A stretch of 64,000 nucleotides of DNA, taken from the NCBI GenBank assembly GCA_020722185.1, contig DYLH01000003.1, positions 4,377-68,376 on the forward strand, given 5' to 3'. The DNA is from Candidatus Avelusimicrobium gallicola (GTDB lineage Bacteria; Elusimicrobiota; Elusimicrobia; Elusimicrobiales; UBA9959). The notes under the pieces are model-generated. The model saw nothing but the letters and a program-made list of their open reading frames with translations. It searched no databases and had not been told where the DNA came from. This document shows positions 54,928 to 64,000 of the stretch, piece by piece (position 1 is the stretch's first letter; each line of letters begins with the position of its first letter). Made by a program: the position numbers and the translations under genes.

Positions 54928-55383
54928 TTATTTTTTTTCTCTTAAGGAAGCCTTGCCACCAGCTTTCTCTATTTTTTCCTTGGCTGATTTAGAAAAAGCG
55001 TCAGCGACAACATTCAGAGATTTTTTCAACTCTCCATCCCCAAGTATCTTTACCGGGGAATCTTTCTTTACCAGTCCTTTTTTCAAAAGCGCCTCTAAAT
55101 TTACGTCCTCGCCTTTAGTAAAATATTTTTCAAGGGAAGAGACATTCACATACTGATACTCTGTTCTAAACTTGCTATTATTAAATCCGCTTTTGGGGAT
55201 TCTCCTCATAAGCGGCATTTGACCGCCTTCAAAACCCCACGGTTTGGATCCGCCACTTGTTGAGTTTTGGCCTTTCTGTCCTCTTGTAGAAGTCTGGCCA
55301 TGTCCAGATCCCTGTCCAGTGCCAAGCCTCTTTTTTCTGTGAGTAGATCCTTTTTTTGGTCTGAGATTGTTAAGCGAAATCAT
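54928..55383 (-). CDS. rplO: 50S ribosomal protein L15
   Basis: LNNLRPKKGSTHRKKRLGTGQGSGHGQTSTRGQKGQ. Confidence 0.96.
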   Translation of the reverse strand: MISLNNLRPKKGSTHRKKRLGTGQGSGHGQTSTRGQKGQNSTSGGSKPWGFEGGQMPLMRRIPKSGFNNSKFRTEYQYVNVSSLEKYFTKGEDVNLEALLKKGLVKKDSPVKILGDGELKKSLNVVADAFSKSAKEKIEKAGGKASLREKK

Positions 55384-55417
55384 AAACTCTCCTTTTTAGC
55401 GCCTCTAATAGGCAAAA

Positions 55418-55969
55418 CTATTTCCTCATATCCATCACATCTTCTTTTAATTTAAGTTTTTTTAGCGCTTCTATAGTTGCATATACTGAATTGAATGGGT
55501 TCCTAGAACCAAGATTTTTTGTCAGTATGTTTTTTATTCCCGCGGCCTCTAGAACAGATCTCATACCACCACCAGATATAAGTCCCGTTCCTTCCACAGC
55601 AGGCTTCATCCAAACATGTCCTGAGCAAAACTTACCCTCAACTTCATGAGGAATAGTTCCATTGAGTAAGGGGAACTTTATCTGATTCTTTCTGGCAGCA
55701 GAAGTAGCTTTGGCAATAGCCTCTTGAACTTCATTTGCCTTTCCGAGCGCCGCCCCCACAGATCCATTGCCATTTCCGACTACAACCAAAGCGTTAAAAG
55801 ACATTCTTTTTCCGCCCTTGACTACTTTGGCTACTCTGTTAATTGTAACAGTTAGAACGCTCTCTGCCTCAGATGCTTCCTCTATTTCGATATAAGAATT
55901 TTCAGGATTGTCATTGCCCTTTATAGACTCTTTCTCAGTTTTTATATCCTTTGAATTTTTTGTTATCAT
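55418..55969 (-). CDS. rpsE: 30S ribosomal protein S5 (N-terminal extension)
   Basis: [27 protein letters not shown]...[22 protein letters not shown] 55969 preceded by GGGAGA. Confidence 0.95.
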   Translation of the reverse strand: MITKNSKDIKTEKESIKGNDNPENSYIEIEEASEAESVLTVTINRVAKVVKGGKRMSFNALVVVGNGNGSVGAALGKANEVQEAIAKATSAARKNQIKFPLLNGTIPHEVEGKFCSGHVWMKPAVEGTGLISGGGMRSVLEAAGIKNILTKNLGSRNPFNSVYATIEALKKLKLKEDVMDMRK

Positions 55970-55979
55970 TTTATCTCCC

Positions 55980-56342
55980 TTAAAATTTAAGACCGCCTTT
56001 TCTGGCTCCATCTGCTAAAGCTTTTATTCGGCCAGAATAAATTCTTCCACCTCTGTCAAAAAATACTTCCTTTACACCTTTGGCCAAAGCTCTTTTTGCC
56101 AAGAGCTCTCCTATAACCTTGGAGGATTCCAAATTTTTCGAAGATTTTATCTTGCCTTTCAACTCTTTATCAATACTGCTGACATAAGCCAGAGTATGTC
56201 CCTTGGAGTCATCTATAACCTGAGCATAAATATGATTTGTTCCTCTATAGACACTTAACCTTGGCATAGAAGGTTGGCTCTTTAAAAGCTTCCTTCTAGT
56301 TCTCTCTTTTCTAAACTCATATCTTCTCTGTTTGCTTATCAT
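55980..56342 (-). CDS. rplR: 50S ribosomal protein L18
   Basis: [18 protein letters not shown]...[26 protein letters not shown]. Confidence 0.96.
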   Translation of the reverse strand: MISKQRRYEFRKERTRRKLLKSQPSMPRLSVYRGTNHIYAQVIDDSKGHTLAYVSSIDKELKGKIKSSKNLESSKVIGELLAKRALAKGVKEVFFDRGGRIYSGRIKALADGARKGGLKF

Positions 56343-56354
56343 AAAAATCTCTCC

Positions 56355-56915
56355 TTATTTCTTGCCAGCTGAAGCTCCAGCGGCAGATTTGCCGGCCTTC
56401 CTTATTATTCTCTCACCCTGATATTTTATGCCAGTTCCCTTGTATGGCTCTGGGACCTTAATTTTCCTGATCTTTGAAGCGAAATTCCCAACAAGTTCTT
56501 TATCCGTCCCACTTACAGTTATTATGGGTTGTTTGGCATCTACATTCACCTTTATTCCCTGAGGTATGTCCACAAGGACTGGATGAGAAAAACCAACCGT
56601 AAGGCTGAGTTTATTCCCCTGCATAAGTCCCTTAAAACCCACTCCGCTTATCTCTAGATTTTTAGAAAAACCTTTAGACACGCCATTAACCATATTATTT
56701 ATCTTGGCGCGCGTAGTTCCAAAAATAGCAGAAAGGTCATTCCTATTTTCTGCTTTTGAAACATACACCTTTCCTTCTTTTACCTCAACTTTTATGCCAT
56801 CGACAAGTTTATAAGTCAGCTTGCCCAAGGGACCGTCCACAAGGACCATCCCGGCATCTACAGAAACTTTCACCTTTTCAGGTATGCTTACTGGCTTTTT
56901 GCCTATTCTGCTCAT
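56355..56915 (-). CDS. rplF: 50S ribosomal protein L6
   Basis: MSRIGKKPVSIPEKVKV...EPYKGTGIKYQGE. Confidence 0.96.
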   Translation of the reverse strand: MSRIGKKPVSIPEKVKVSVDAGMVLVDGPLGKLTYKLVDGIKVEVKEGKVYVSKAENRNDLSAIFGTTRAKINNMVNGVSKGFSKNLEISGVGFKGLMQGNKLSLTVGFSHPVLVDIPQGIKVNVDAKQPIITVSGTDKELVGNFASKIRKIKVPEPYKGTGIKYQGERIIRKAGKSAAGASAGKK

Positions 56916-56936
56916 ATTGTCTCCCGTTAAATAGAT

Positions 56937-57341
56937 TTACCAAACCTGACAAATCACCTCTCCGCCAACTCTTTCCTTCTTCGCGGTTTTATCGCTTATC
57001 ACGCCTTTAGGAGTTGAAACGATATTTACACCAAAAGCAGCTCTTACTCTAGGCATATTGTCGTAAGAGCGGTATATTCTAATACCTGGTTTTGAAATTT
57101 TTCTTATGCCATTTATTATGGGTGTTTTATTTTCCGTATACTTAAGAGTAACTCTTATATTCTGCTTTTTACTCTTTTTATCAGTTTCATCTTTCATAAT
57201 TCTATAATTTGAAATAAAGCCTTCTTCTTTAAGAACTTTTAGAATATTCGCCTTAAGTTTTGAGTAGGGAAACTCAACCTTCTCCTTATTTTTCATGTTG
57301 GCGTTTCTGATACTTGTAAGCATATTTGCTATAGTGTCCAT
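56937..57341 (-). CDS. rpsH: 30S ribosomal protein S8
   Basis: DTIANMLTSIRNA...GVISDKTAKKERVGGEVICQVW. Confidence 0.96.
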   Translation of the reverse strand: MDTIANMLTSIRNANMKNKEKVEFPYSKLKANILKVLKEEGFISNYRIMKDETDKKSKKQNIRVTLKYTENKTPIINGIRKISKPGIRIYRSYDNMPRVRAAFGVNIVSTPKGVISDKTAKKERVGGEVICQVW

Positions 57342-57368
57342 TAAAATCCTCCTCTATTTTTAATAAAT

Positions 57369-57554
57369 CTACCAACTGGACTTTTTAAGTCCAGGGATCA
57401 AACCTTCATGTGCCATTTTTCTCAAGCAAATTCTGCACAAACCGAAGTCTCTGTAATAGCCTCTCGGCCTACCACAAATTTGACATCTATTTCTCTGCCT
57501 CGTTGAATATTTAGGTGTTTTTCTGGCTTTAGCCATCCACGCATAGGTAGCCAT
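57369..57554 (-). CDS. rpsN: 30S ribosomal protein S14, short zinc-binding (type Z)
   Basis: 61 aa. [20 protein letters not shown]. Confidence 0.95.
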   Translation of the reverse strand: MATYAWMAKARKTPKYSTRQRNRCQICGRPRGYYRDFGLCRICLRKMAHEGLIPGLKKSSW

Positions 57555-57557
57555 AAT

Positions 57558-58157
57558 TTAGTTCTCCTTTGTTTTTTGTTCTTTTTTGAAAGGCATGCCG
57601 AGATAATCCAGCAAAAGTCTAGCTTTGTCATTATCGGCGCGTTTTACCACAAAAGTTATATTCATTCCGCGAGATTTAAGAGATTTTTCCACATTTATTT
57701 CGGGGAATATTAAGTGATCTTTCAATCCCACATTGTAATTTCCTCTTCCATCAAAATGATTGACGGAAAAACCTTGAAAGTCTCTAATTTTTGGAGCGGC
57801 AAGAGAAATAAATCTATCCATAAACTCATACATTCTAAAGCCTCTCAAAGTAACCCTTAAAGCCACTGGCATACCCTTTCTCAACTTAAAGTTGGAAATT
57901 GATTTTTTAGCTTTTCTTATCTCAGGCTGCTGACCTGTGATAGCAATAAGGTCTTCTTTCGACTGTTCAAGAACCTGTATATTTTCTTTAGCCTCATTTA
58001 CTCCCATATTTATAACTATCTTTTCCAGCTTTGGCACAGCCATAGGAGACTTTACTTTAAGATCCTTAATTAAGGCCTGCACAACCTGATTTTCATAAAG
58101 CTTCTTTATTCTAGGTATATAGTCTTTTGGGATCTGATTGTCTTTTTTCTTTTCCAT
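57558..58157 (-). CDS. rplE: 50S ribosomal protein L5
   Basis: PKLEKIVINMGV...FDGRGNYNVGLKDHLIFPEI. ATG 58157; the ORF-track extension overlaps rplX. Confidence 0.95.
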   Translation of the reverse strand: MEKKKDNQIPKDYIPRIKKLYENQVVQALIKDLKVKSPMAVPKLEKIVINMGVNEAKENIQVLEQSKEDLIAITGQQPEIRKAKKSISNFKLRKGMPVALRVTLRGFRMYEFMDRFISLAAPKIRDFQGFSVNHFDGRGNYNVGLKDHLIFPEINVEKSLKSRGMNITFVVKRADNDKARLLLDYLGMPFKKEQKTKEN

Positions 58158-58171
58158 ATTGATGCACCTCT

Positions 58172-58480
58172 TTAAATTATAATCTCCCCACATTTTTTAC
58201 AAATTCTCACTCTTTCTCCGCCCTCGATTTTAATCCCAACTCTGGAAGGCTTGCCACATTTAGAGCATACCAACATGACATTTGAGATATGAATAGGGGC
58301 TTCTTTTTTCACTATTCCGCCCGGCTTATCTTTTTTAGGTTTTTCATGTTTTGAAATTATATTTACCCCAGTTACTACAACCCTATTCTCATCAGGGAAG
58401 ACTTCACGGACTTCGCCTTTCTTGCCTTTGTCCTTGCCGGAGATAACTACTACTTTATCTTTTTTCTTTAAGTTAACCAT
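58172..58480 (-). CDS. rplX: 50S ribosomal protein L24
   Basis: KOW motif [19 protein letters not shown]. Confidence 0.95.
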   Translation of the reverse strand: MVNLKKKDKVVVISGKDKGKKGEVREVFPDENRVVVTGVNIISKHEKPKKDKPGGIVKKEAPIHISNVMLVCSKCGKPSRVGIKIEGGERVRICKKCGEIII

Positions 58481-58491
58481 ATAAACCTTCC

Positions 58492-58860
58492 TTATAATAC
58501 CTCTGGAGCTAATGATATTATCTTAAGATAATTCTTAGCCCTCAATTCCCTTGCCACTGGACCAAATACGCGTGTGCCTCTCGGTTCGCCATTAGCGTCT
58601 ATCAGGCAAACAGCATTGTCGTCAAATCTTATGTAGGATCCGTCTTTTCTCCTTGCTTCCTTTTTAACTCTTACCACTACGGCTTTAACAACATCTCCTT
58701 TCTTGATAGCCCCTGTCGGGATGGCGTCCTTTACAGAACAAACAACCACATCGCCGAGGTAAGCATAGGTTCTAGTGCTCCCGCCGAGAACCTTGAAACA
58801 CATCAATTTCCTCGCGCCGGAATTGTCAGCTACATTCAACATTGTCCTTAGTTGGATCAT
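58492..58860 (-). CDS. rplN: 50S ribosomal protein L14
   Basis: [27 protein letters not shown]. Confidence 0.97.
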   Translation of the reverse strand: MIQLRTMLNVADNSGARKLMCFKVLGGSTRTYAYLGDVVVCSVKDAIPTGAIKKGDVVKAVVVRVKKEARRKDGSYIRFDDNAVCLIDANGEPRGTRVFGPVARELRAKNYLKIISLAPEVL

Positions 58861-58887
58861 ATTTTTCTCCGCTTTCTGTGATTTTAT

Positions 58888-59154
58888 TTAGCTTTTTTTT
58901 CCCAGCACCCTAAAAACTCTCCACCTCTTGAGTTTTGACATAGGTCTGGCGCTCATTATTTCCACAACATCGCCAAGCTTTGACTGCTCGGATTCATCAT
59001 GAACATAATATTTTTTCTTTTCTTTAAGAGTTTTCTCATAAAGAGAATGTCTGAAAGTTCTCTCAACGCTTACAACTCTGGTCTTTGTCATCTTATCTGA
59101 GACAACTACTCCTCTTAAAACTTTCCTATCATTTCTTTCATTTTGATTCTGCAT
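58888..59154 (-). CDS. rpsQ: 30S ribosomal protein S17
   Basis: [29 protein letters not shown]...KRWRV. Confidence 0.95.
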   Translation of the reverse strand: MQNQNERNDRKVLRGVVVSDKMTKTRVVSVERTFRHSLYEKTLKEKKKYYVHDESEQSKLGDVVEIMSARPMSKLKRWRVFRVLGKKS

Positions 59155-59157
59155 TTT

Positions 59158-59376
59158 TTACCTCTCTGATGCGGAAACAGCCTTTTTTCTCTGAGAAATA
59201 AGGGTCTTCAAAACAGCTATTTTTCTCCTCAGAAGTCTGATTTCTATCGGATTTTCCAAGGGAGAAGTGGCCTTTTTGAAATTGAGCTGAAAAAGCTTTT
59301 TTTCAAGGTCCTTTATGGCAGCTTTCAGTTCGGCCTCTGCCATATTTCTGAAATTTTCTTTATCTTTTGTTTTCAT
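59158..59376 (-). CDS. rpmC: 50S ribosomal protein L29
   Basis: 72 aa. EAELKAAIKDLEKKLFQLNFK. Confidence 0.93.
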   Translation of the reverse strand: MKTKDKENFRNMAEAELKAAIKDLEKKLFQLNFKKATSPLENPIEIRLLRRKIAVLKTLISQRKKAVSASER

Positions 59377-59389
59377 AATTTACCACCGT

Positions 59390-59806
59390 TTAAAACTCTT
59401 CTCTCTTTACAAACTTTGTCTTTATTGGAAGTTTTGCAGCAGCTCTACTAAATGCCTCTTTCGCTGTGGCTTCATCTAGGCCTTCCACCTCAAACATCAC
59501 TCTGCCCGGCTTAACAACCGCTACCCAATGATCCGGAGCTCCCTTGCCCTTACCCATACGAGTTTCAGCGGGATGCTTTGTTATAGCCTTGTCCGGAAAT
59601 ATCCTTATCCATATTTTCCCTTTCTTTTTGAGATATCTTCCTATAGCAACCCTGCAAGCCTCTATTTGTCTGGCAGTTATCCAGCGAGGCTCCACAGCTT
59701 TAAGGCCAAATTCGCCAAGATGCAAAACTGTATTACCTTTGGCAATGCCCTTTATTCTAGGAGCTGAATGAGGTTTTCTGTATTTAACTCTCTTTGGCAT
59801 CAACAT
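59390..59806 (-). CDS. rplP: 50S ribosomal protein L16
   Basis: [11 protein letters not shown]...[24 protein letters not shown]. Confidence 0.97.
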   Translation of the reverse strand: MLMPKRVKYRKPHSAPRIKGIAKGNTVLHLGEFGLKAVEPRWITARQIEACRVAIGRYLKKKGKIWIRIFPDKAITKHPAETRMGKGKGAPDHWVAVVKPGRVMFEVEGLDEATAKEAFSRAAAKLPIKTKFVKREEF

Positions 59807-59815
59807 ATTTTCTCC

Positions 59816-60571
59816 TTAGGATTCCTGCTCTTGAGATGTGTTTTCAGCAGAGGAATTATCTTGTTGAGATTTATCGGAAGCTGATTCAAAGGCTTCTCTC
59901 TCTTGAACTTTCTTCAATTCTTCTGCCAGATCTCTTTGTGTTCTGGCAAAGAATAATTTTTTGAAAATCCAAACCTTCACTCCAATCTTTCCCATAATCG
60001 TATTTGCTTCCGCAAATCCATAATCTATATCAGCAGATAGCGTGCCGAGGGGAACTCTACCTTTTCTAAACCACTCCCTTCTGGCTATTTCAGCGCCATT
60101 CAGACGACCTGAAACCATAATCTTCACACCCTGCGCTCCGCTTGAAAGAGTCTTTTCCATAGCCTTTTTACAAGCTTTTTTATAAGCAACCCTTTTTTCA
60201 AGTTGAACAGCTATTGACTGTGCCACAAGATTTGATTCCATTTCTGGAACTTTTATTTCGGCCACATTCACATAAACCTTTCTGGATGTGATTGCCTCTA
60301 TTTGATTTTTCAAAGCTTCTATATCCTGACCTTTTCTACCTATGACTATGCCGGGTCTGGCAGTGTGGATAGTAACCCTCAAATGCGTGCCAAGTCTCTC
60401 TATAGTGACTTTGCTGACAGCCGCCATTTCAAACTTTTCTTTTATAAGGTTTCTTATCTGAAAATCTTCCCTTATCAGCTCAGGCATATCTTTAAAGGAT
60501 GCCCACCATTTTGATTGCCAATCGTGTATATAGCCCAACCTTGTAGCATTAGGATGTATTTTTTGACCCAT
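59816..60571 (-). CDS. rpsC: 30S ribosomal protein S3 (acidic/polar C-terminal tail)
   Basis: [24 protein letters not shown] domain, [10 protein letters not shown]. Confidence 0.97.
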   Translation of the reverse strand: MGQKIHPNATRLGYIHDWQSKWWASFKDMPELIREDFQIRNLIKEKFEMAAVSKVTIERLGTHLRVTIHTARPGIVIGRKGQDIEALKNQIEAITSRKVYVNVAEIKVPEMESNLVAQSIAVQLEKRVAYKKACKKAMEKTLSSGAQGVKIMVSGRLNGAEIARREWFRKGRVPLGTLSADIDYGFAEANTIMGKIGVKVWIFKKLFFARTQRDLAEELKKVQEREAFESASDKSQQDNSSAENTSQEQES

Positions 60572-60574
60572 ATT

Positions 60575-60925
60575 TTACTCCCTTCCGTCCGTTACGGTTA
60601 CTGTAATGTGGCACATATTTCTTGTATAGGGCATAGCTCTGCCCTGAGGTCCGGCATTGTATCGTCTAAGCATTTTCATAGGACCGATATCAGCTTTGGC
60701 TTCTTTTACCCAGATAGACTTCAAGTCAACTTTTTGGCCGAGTTTTACAGAGAGATTGGCACCAGCAGACTTAAGCGCCTTCTTAACCACCTCTCTTGTA
60801 GGCGTCTTCATTGAACTGAGTATATACTGCGCTTCAAACAGGTTTTTGCCTCTGACGAGATCCATTAACCTGGCCACTCTAAGCATCGAATATCTCTGAT
60901 ATTTAAGTTTACAAGTAGCTTGCAT
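60575..60925 (-). CDS. rplV: 50S ribosomal protein L22
   Basis: LRVARLMDLVRGKN...GPMKMLRRYNAGPQGRAMPYTRNMCHITV. Confidence 0.95.
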   Translation of the reverse strand: MQATCKLKYQRYSMLRVARLMDLVRGKNLFEAQYILSSMKTPTREVVKKALKSAGANLSVKLGQKVDLKSIWVKEAKADIGPMKMLRRYNAGPQGRAMPYTRNMCHITVTVTDGRE

Positions 60926-60938
60926 ATTCCCTTCCTTA

Positions 60939-61226
60939 TTATGTCAAGGCTGTGGCTTCTTTGGTATGAGCCGCGCCATGTCCTTTGAATATTCTAGTGA
61001 AAGAAAATTCGCCAAGTTTGTGGCCTATCATTCTTTCATTCACATATACAGGCAAAAATTTCTTGCCATTGTGAACCATAAAAGTAACTCCAACAAATTC
61101 TGGCACTATAGTGCACGCCCTAGACCATGTTTTTATTGGCTTTTTATCTCCTGTTTTAATAGCTTTTTGAACTTTTTCCAAAAGCCTTTGGTCTATATAT
61201 GGTCCTTTTTTAGCAGATCTGCTCAT
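60939..61226 (-). CDS. rpsS: 30S ribosomal protein S19
   Basis: [12 protein letters not shown]...[23 protein letters not shown]. Confidence 0.97.
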   Translation of the reverse strand: MSRSAKKGPYIDQRLLEKVQKAIKTGDKKPIKTWSRACTIVPEFVGVTFMVHNGKKFLPVYVNERMIGHKLGEFSFTRIFKGHGAAHTKEATALT

Positions 61227-61243
61227 TTTTCATCCCTCCATTA

Positions 61244-62086
61244 TTACAACTTAACACTAGATTTTCTTCTATCTTGAACTATCATCCAGCTCCAAATCTT
61301 ACTCTTTGTTCTGGTTTTAAATCCTTTTGAAGGCTGATTCCACGGGGATCTTGGGACATTGTTTCCTTTTGAATGTCCACGACCGCCACCGAGAGGGTGG
61401 TCTACAGCATTCATAGCTCCACCCCTGACTGTAGGCCTTATCCCAACATGCCTTTTTCTGCCAGCCTTGCCATAGCTTATTGTGTTATGCTCTATATTCC
61501 CAACCTGGCCTATTGTCGCCATACAATCTTTCAAAACCTTTCTTATTTCTCCAGATGGCATCTTAAGCAAAACATAATTGCCTTCCTTAGCCATTATCTG
61601 AGCCTGCGCGCCGGCAGATCTAGCGAATTGAGCTCCTCTTCCAGGCACCATTTCTATAGCGTGAACAAAAGTTCCGTCAGGTATATTTATCAAAGGAAGA
61701 GCATTGCCAGGCTTTATTGGAGAATCTTTTCCACTTATCAGTTCAGCTCCGACTTCAACTCCAACTGGAGCTATTATATACCTCTTTTCACCATCTTTAT
61801 AGTGAAGCAAGGCGATTCTGGCATTTCTGTTCGGATCATACTCTATAGAAACAACTTTAGACGGTATAGCGAATTTATCTCTCTTAAAGTCTATAACTCT
61901 GTATAGCCTTTTATTGCCACCACCGTGATGCCTCACCATAAGCATACCAGTGTTGTTTCTCCCGCCATTTTTTCTTAAGCCGAACGTTAAAGACTTCTCT
62001 GGTCTATCTCTTGTAATATCCGAATAATCGCTCATCGTCATAAACCTTCTCGATGGCGTATATGGTCTAAAAGATTTTATAGGCAT
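61244..62086 (-). CDS. rplB: 50S ribosomal protein L2
   Basis: [12 protein letters not shown]...[12 protein letters not shown]. Confidence 0.98.
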   Translation of the reverse strand: MPIKSFRPYTPSRRFMTMSDYSDITRDRPEKSLTFGLRKNGGRNNTGMLMVRHHGGGNKRLYRVIDFKRDKFAIPSKVVSIEYDPNRNARIALLHYKDGEKRYIIAPVGVEVGAELISGKDSPIKPGNALPLINIPDGTFVHAIEMVPGRGAQFARSAGAQAQIMAKEGNYVLLKMPSGEIRKVLKDCMATIGQVGNIEHNTISYGKAGRKRHVGIRPTVRGGAMNAVDHPLGGGRGHSKGNNVPRSPWNQPSKGFKTRTKSKIWSWMIVQDRRKSSVKL

Positions 62087-62097
62087 ATTTTTTCTCC

Positions 62098-62391
62098 TTA
62101 CACTTTAGGCGTATCGGTAAAATCGATTTTACCCTCTTTTAAAGTTACTATGGCTTTTTTCCAGTCGGCTCTTTTGCCCTCATATCTTCCAACTCTATGC
62201 CACTTGCCTAAAACATTTATTGTTCTAACATCAGCTACTTTTACTTTAAAAATTGTCTCTATAGCCTTCTTTATAGCTGTTTTATCAGATTTATTTGCCA
62301 CCTTGAAAACATATTGATTTTTTTCCTTAAGCGCTACACTTTTCTCAGTAATCAAAGGGGCTTCTATGACCTTGTATGGATTAAAACTCAT
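62098..62391 (-). CDS. rplW: 50S ribosomal protein L23
   Basis: [11 protein letters not shown]...[19 protein letters not shown]. Confidence 0.95.
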   Translation of the reverse strand: MSFNPYKVIEAPLITEKSVALKEKNQYVFKVANKSDKTAIKKAIETIFKVKVADVRTINVLGKWHRVGRYEGKRADWKKAIVTLKEGKIDFTDTPKV

Positions 62392-63017
62392 TTTGCCTCC
62401 AGTCTTTTTGAAAGCTTGTCTATAGCTTCCTTTTCGATGATGACGAAGTTACTCTTCATTACATCAAGAGCATTTACATCTAAAACTGTTTTCACAGAAA
62501 AATTCTTCACATTTGAGGACACTCTCAAAAGCTTTGCATTTTTCTGTGATGTTATAATCAGACTCTTCTTTCCAGCTATTTTGAGATTCTCCATAAGAGA
62601 CATAAAAGCCGCTGTCTTGGTTTCTCCAATTTCAAAGCTTTCCAAAGCTATAACAGCGCCATCTGCATGTTTATCTGAAAGAGCTTGAGCAAGCCCAATT
62701 ATTCTTTTTTTGCTTGGAATATCTATAGAGAAATCTCTTGGCTTAGGGCCAAACACCACGCCACCCTTTCTCCACAAAGGCGAGCGTATACTCCCAGATC
62801 TGGCGCGACCAGTATGCTTTTGCTTCCACGGCTTTCTTCCACCGCCAGACACTTCAGTCCTCGTTTTTGTAGAGGCAGTGCCAACTCTAGATGCCGCATT
62901 GTAGTATCTGACAAGCTCATGAAGAAAATATGGATCGGACTTCACTGAGAAAATGTTCTCAGGAAGCGACACAGAGCCTTTTTCTTCGCCATTAATATTA
63001 AAAAGTTTAGTTTCCAT
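62388..63017 (-). CDS. rplD: 50S ribosomal protein L4
   Basis: SGGGRKPWKQKHTGRARSGSIRSPLWRKGGVVFGPKPR. Confidence 0.97.
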   Translation of the reverse strand: METKLFNINGEEKGSVSLPENIFSVKSDPYFLHELVRYYNAASRVGTASTKTRTEVSGGGRKPWKQKHTGRARSGSIRSPLWRKGGVVFGPKPRDFSIDIPSKKRIIGLAQALSDKHADGAVIALESFEIGETKTAAFMSLMENLKIAGKKSLIITSQKNAKLLRVSSNVKNFSVKTVLDVNALDVMKSNFVIIEKEAIDKLSKRLEAK

Positions 63018-63035
63018 TTTTAAAACCTCTCTACA

Positions 63036-63815
63036 TTACTTTTTCTTAGCTGGAGCCTTTGCAGCCTCTTTCTTTGTTTTCGATTTCGGCTGAGCCACAA
63101 CTGGATTGGGAATCTTTTTTACAGTTTTAAGCATATACACTATACTGCCTTCCTTTCCAGGGACTGATCCATTGACAAGAACAAGATTTTTTTCAGCGAG
63201 CACCTTTAGTATCTGAACTTTATGAACAGTCACTCTTTCTTGTCCAAGATGCCCCGCCATTCTCTGCCCAGGCATAACCCTTCCCAAAGATCTTCTAGAG
63301 GCAAGCCCACCGGGAGCTCTCTCTCTGTCAGAAGCGCCATGACTTGCTGGTTGTCCTCTAAAATTATGTCTTTTCATTCCACCGGCAAAACCCTTACCTA
63401 TAGTAATACCCTGCAGATCCACCCAATCTCCATCCTTAAATCTTCCCGCCAAAGATACAATTTGGCCAGGTTCAAAGCCCTCTATTTTATCAACTCTGAC
63501 TTCTTTAAGATGTTTTAGAGGTTTAAGATTGTTCTTTTCAAATATACCCTTCAATGGTGAAGGGAAATTCTTTTCTTTACTGTGACCAAAACCAAGGCAC
63601 ACACTATTATATCCATCTTTCTCAGTGTTTCTTATATATGCTACTTTGCAGGGGCCGGCTTTAATAACAGTGACACCTTTTAATTCTCCGCTATCCGTAT
63701 AGATCTGAGTCATGCCGACTTTTTCGCCTATGATAAATTTAAAATCTGCGCTGACTTCTTTGGGGATCGAATCGGCAGGATTTTCCTTTTTTAAGTTTTC
63801 ATTTTCCTGTGTCAT
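63036..63815 (-). CDS. rplC: 50S ribosomal protein L3 (N-terminal extension of about 25 aa and Lys/Ala-rich C-terminal tail)
   Basis: IIGEKVGMTQIY...KGFAGGMKRHNFRGQPASHG...PGQRMAGHLGQERVTV. Confidence 0.96.
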   Translation of the reverse strand: MTQENENLKKENPADSIPKEVSADFKFIIGEKVGMTQIYTDSGELKGVTVIKAGPCKVAYIRNTEKDGYNSVCLGFGHSKEKNFPSPLKGIFEKNNLKPLKHLKEVRVDKIEGFEPGQIVSLAGRFKDGDWVDLQGITIGKGFAGGMKRHNFRGQPASHGASDRERAPGGLASRRSLGRVMPGQRMAGHLGQERVTVHKVQILKVLAEKNLVLVNGSVPGKEGSIVYMLKTVKKIPNPVVAQPKSKTKKEAAKAPAKKK

Positions 63816-63905
63816 AAGTATTCTCCGTCATCTTCTATTTTAAAAAAACAAAAAACACACACCGCTAAAACGGCTTTTATCTGAAATTTTTTTAGTCTCT
63901 ATAGG

Positions 63906-63934
63906 AGCGAAAGAATATTTTTTTCTCTTCCGCT
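63906..63934 (-). other. Hairpin in the untranslated region upstream of rplC (AGCGGAAGA-N11-TCTTTCGCT, one G-U pair)
   Basis: Read directly on the minus strand. Function unknown. Confidence 0.5.
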
Positions 63935-64000
63935 AAAATAACCTAGGTTTTACTGAAAAAAGTTTACATTGCATTACTGAGTAAGTTGAAAAGTTATTAA

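Noticed and set aside
672-63518. Numerous plus-strand ORFs of 60-177 aa in the ORF track (for example 3434-3967, 14306-14776, 26182-26604, 30929-31405, 51720-52199, 61373-61906), plus same-strand alternative-frame ORFs (for example 7023-7229, 21456-21737, 24706-24945, 54123-54392, 57422-57631, 62723-62920)
   Set aside because: All lie inside genes whose products are strongly recognisable in another frame or strand. Their translations are low-complexity or Ser/Phe/Leu-rich shadows typical of AT-rich antisense frames, and I saw no SD or independent motif.
1-64000. CRISPR arrays, tRNA/rRNA genes, transposases, integrases and prophage genes
   Set aside because: Non-coding spacers are all under 260 nt. 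None shows regularly spaced repeats, a tRNA cloverleaf (T-loop GTTCGAATC-like) or IS terminal repeats, and no translated ORF resembles a recombinase. This was checked by eye only, not with dedicated tools.
63985-64000. End of rpsJ or tuf at the window edge
   Set aside because: Only about 15 nt are available, which cannot distinguish coding from non-coding sequence. Not called.

Overview
Low-GC bacterial chromosome segment (roughly 35-40% GC by eye, not computed). It is densely packed and almost entirely transcribed on the minus strand; only the thrS tail, an SsnA-like amidohydrolase gene and a cyclophilin gene are on the plus strand. There are three blocks. (i) 617-28607 is an accessory-looking purine/N-heterocycle catabolism region. 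It holds glnA, two paralogous sets of xanthine-dehydrogenase-family subunits (Mo, 2Fe-2S, FAD), XdhC and MocA/YgfJ-type cofactor genes, an exported TldD/PmbA pair, an outer-membrane lipoprotein, an ATZ/TRZ-type deaminase, a fused PreT/PreA (DPD/YgfK-like) flavo-FeS protein and SsnA. A six-gene Hyf/Ehr-type membrane module sits in the middle at 15171-22387. Its large subunit has no CxxC [NiFe] ligand motifs, and none of the usual partners are present in the window (FdhF, HycB/HyfA, CODH, Hyp). I regard this module-in-cluster arrangement as the most interesting candidate for an undescribed system: a purine hydroxylase coupled to an energy-converting complex. (ii) 28710-48836 is housekeeping: a degenerate PurH-like gene, ligA, nusB, ppiase, a PLD-family protein, queE-queC-comB-like, an orphan HicA-like gene between two exported-protein genes, murI, an amidase, rng, DUF2344 and rodA-mrdA-mreDCB. 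(iii) 48836-63815 is the ribosomal-protein S10/spc/alpha super-operon, running rplC through rplQ and including secY, adk, map, infA and rpmJ. It is translationally joined to mreB. I saw no rRNA, tRNA, CRISPR array, transposase or integrase. All functional calls come from reading the translations and motifs by eye; no searches were run.
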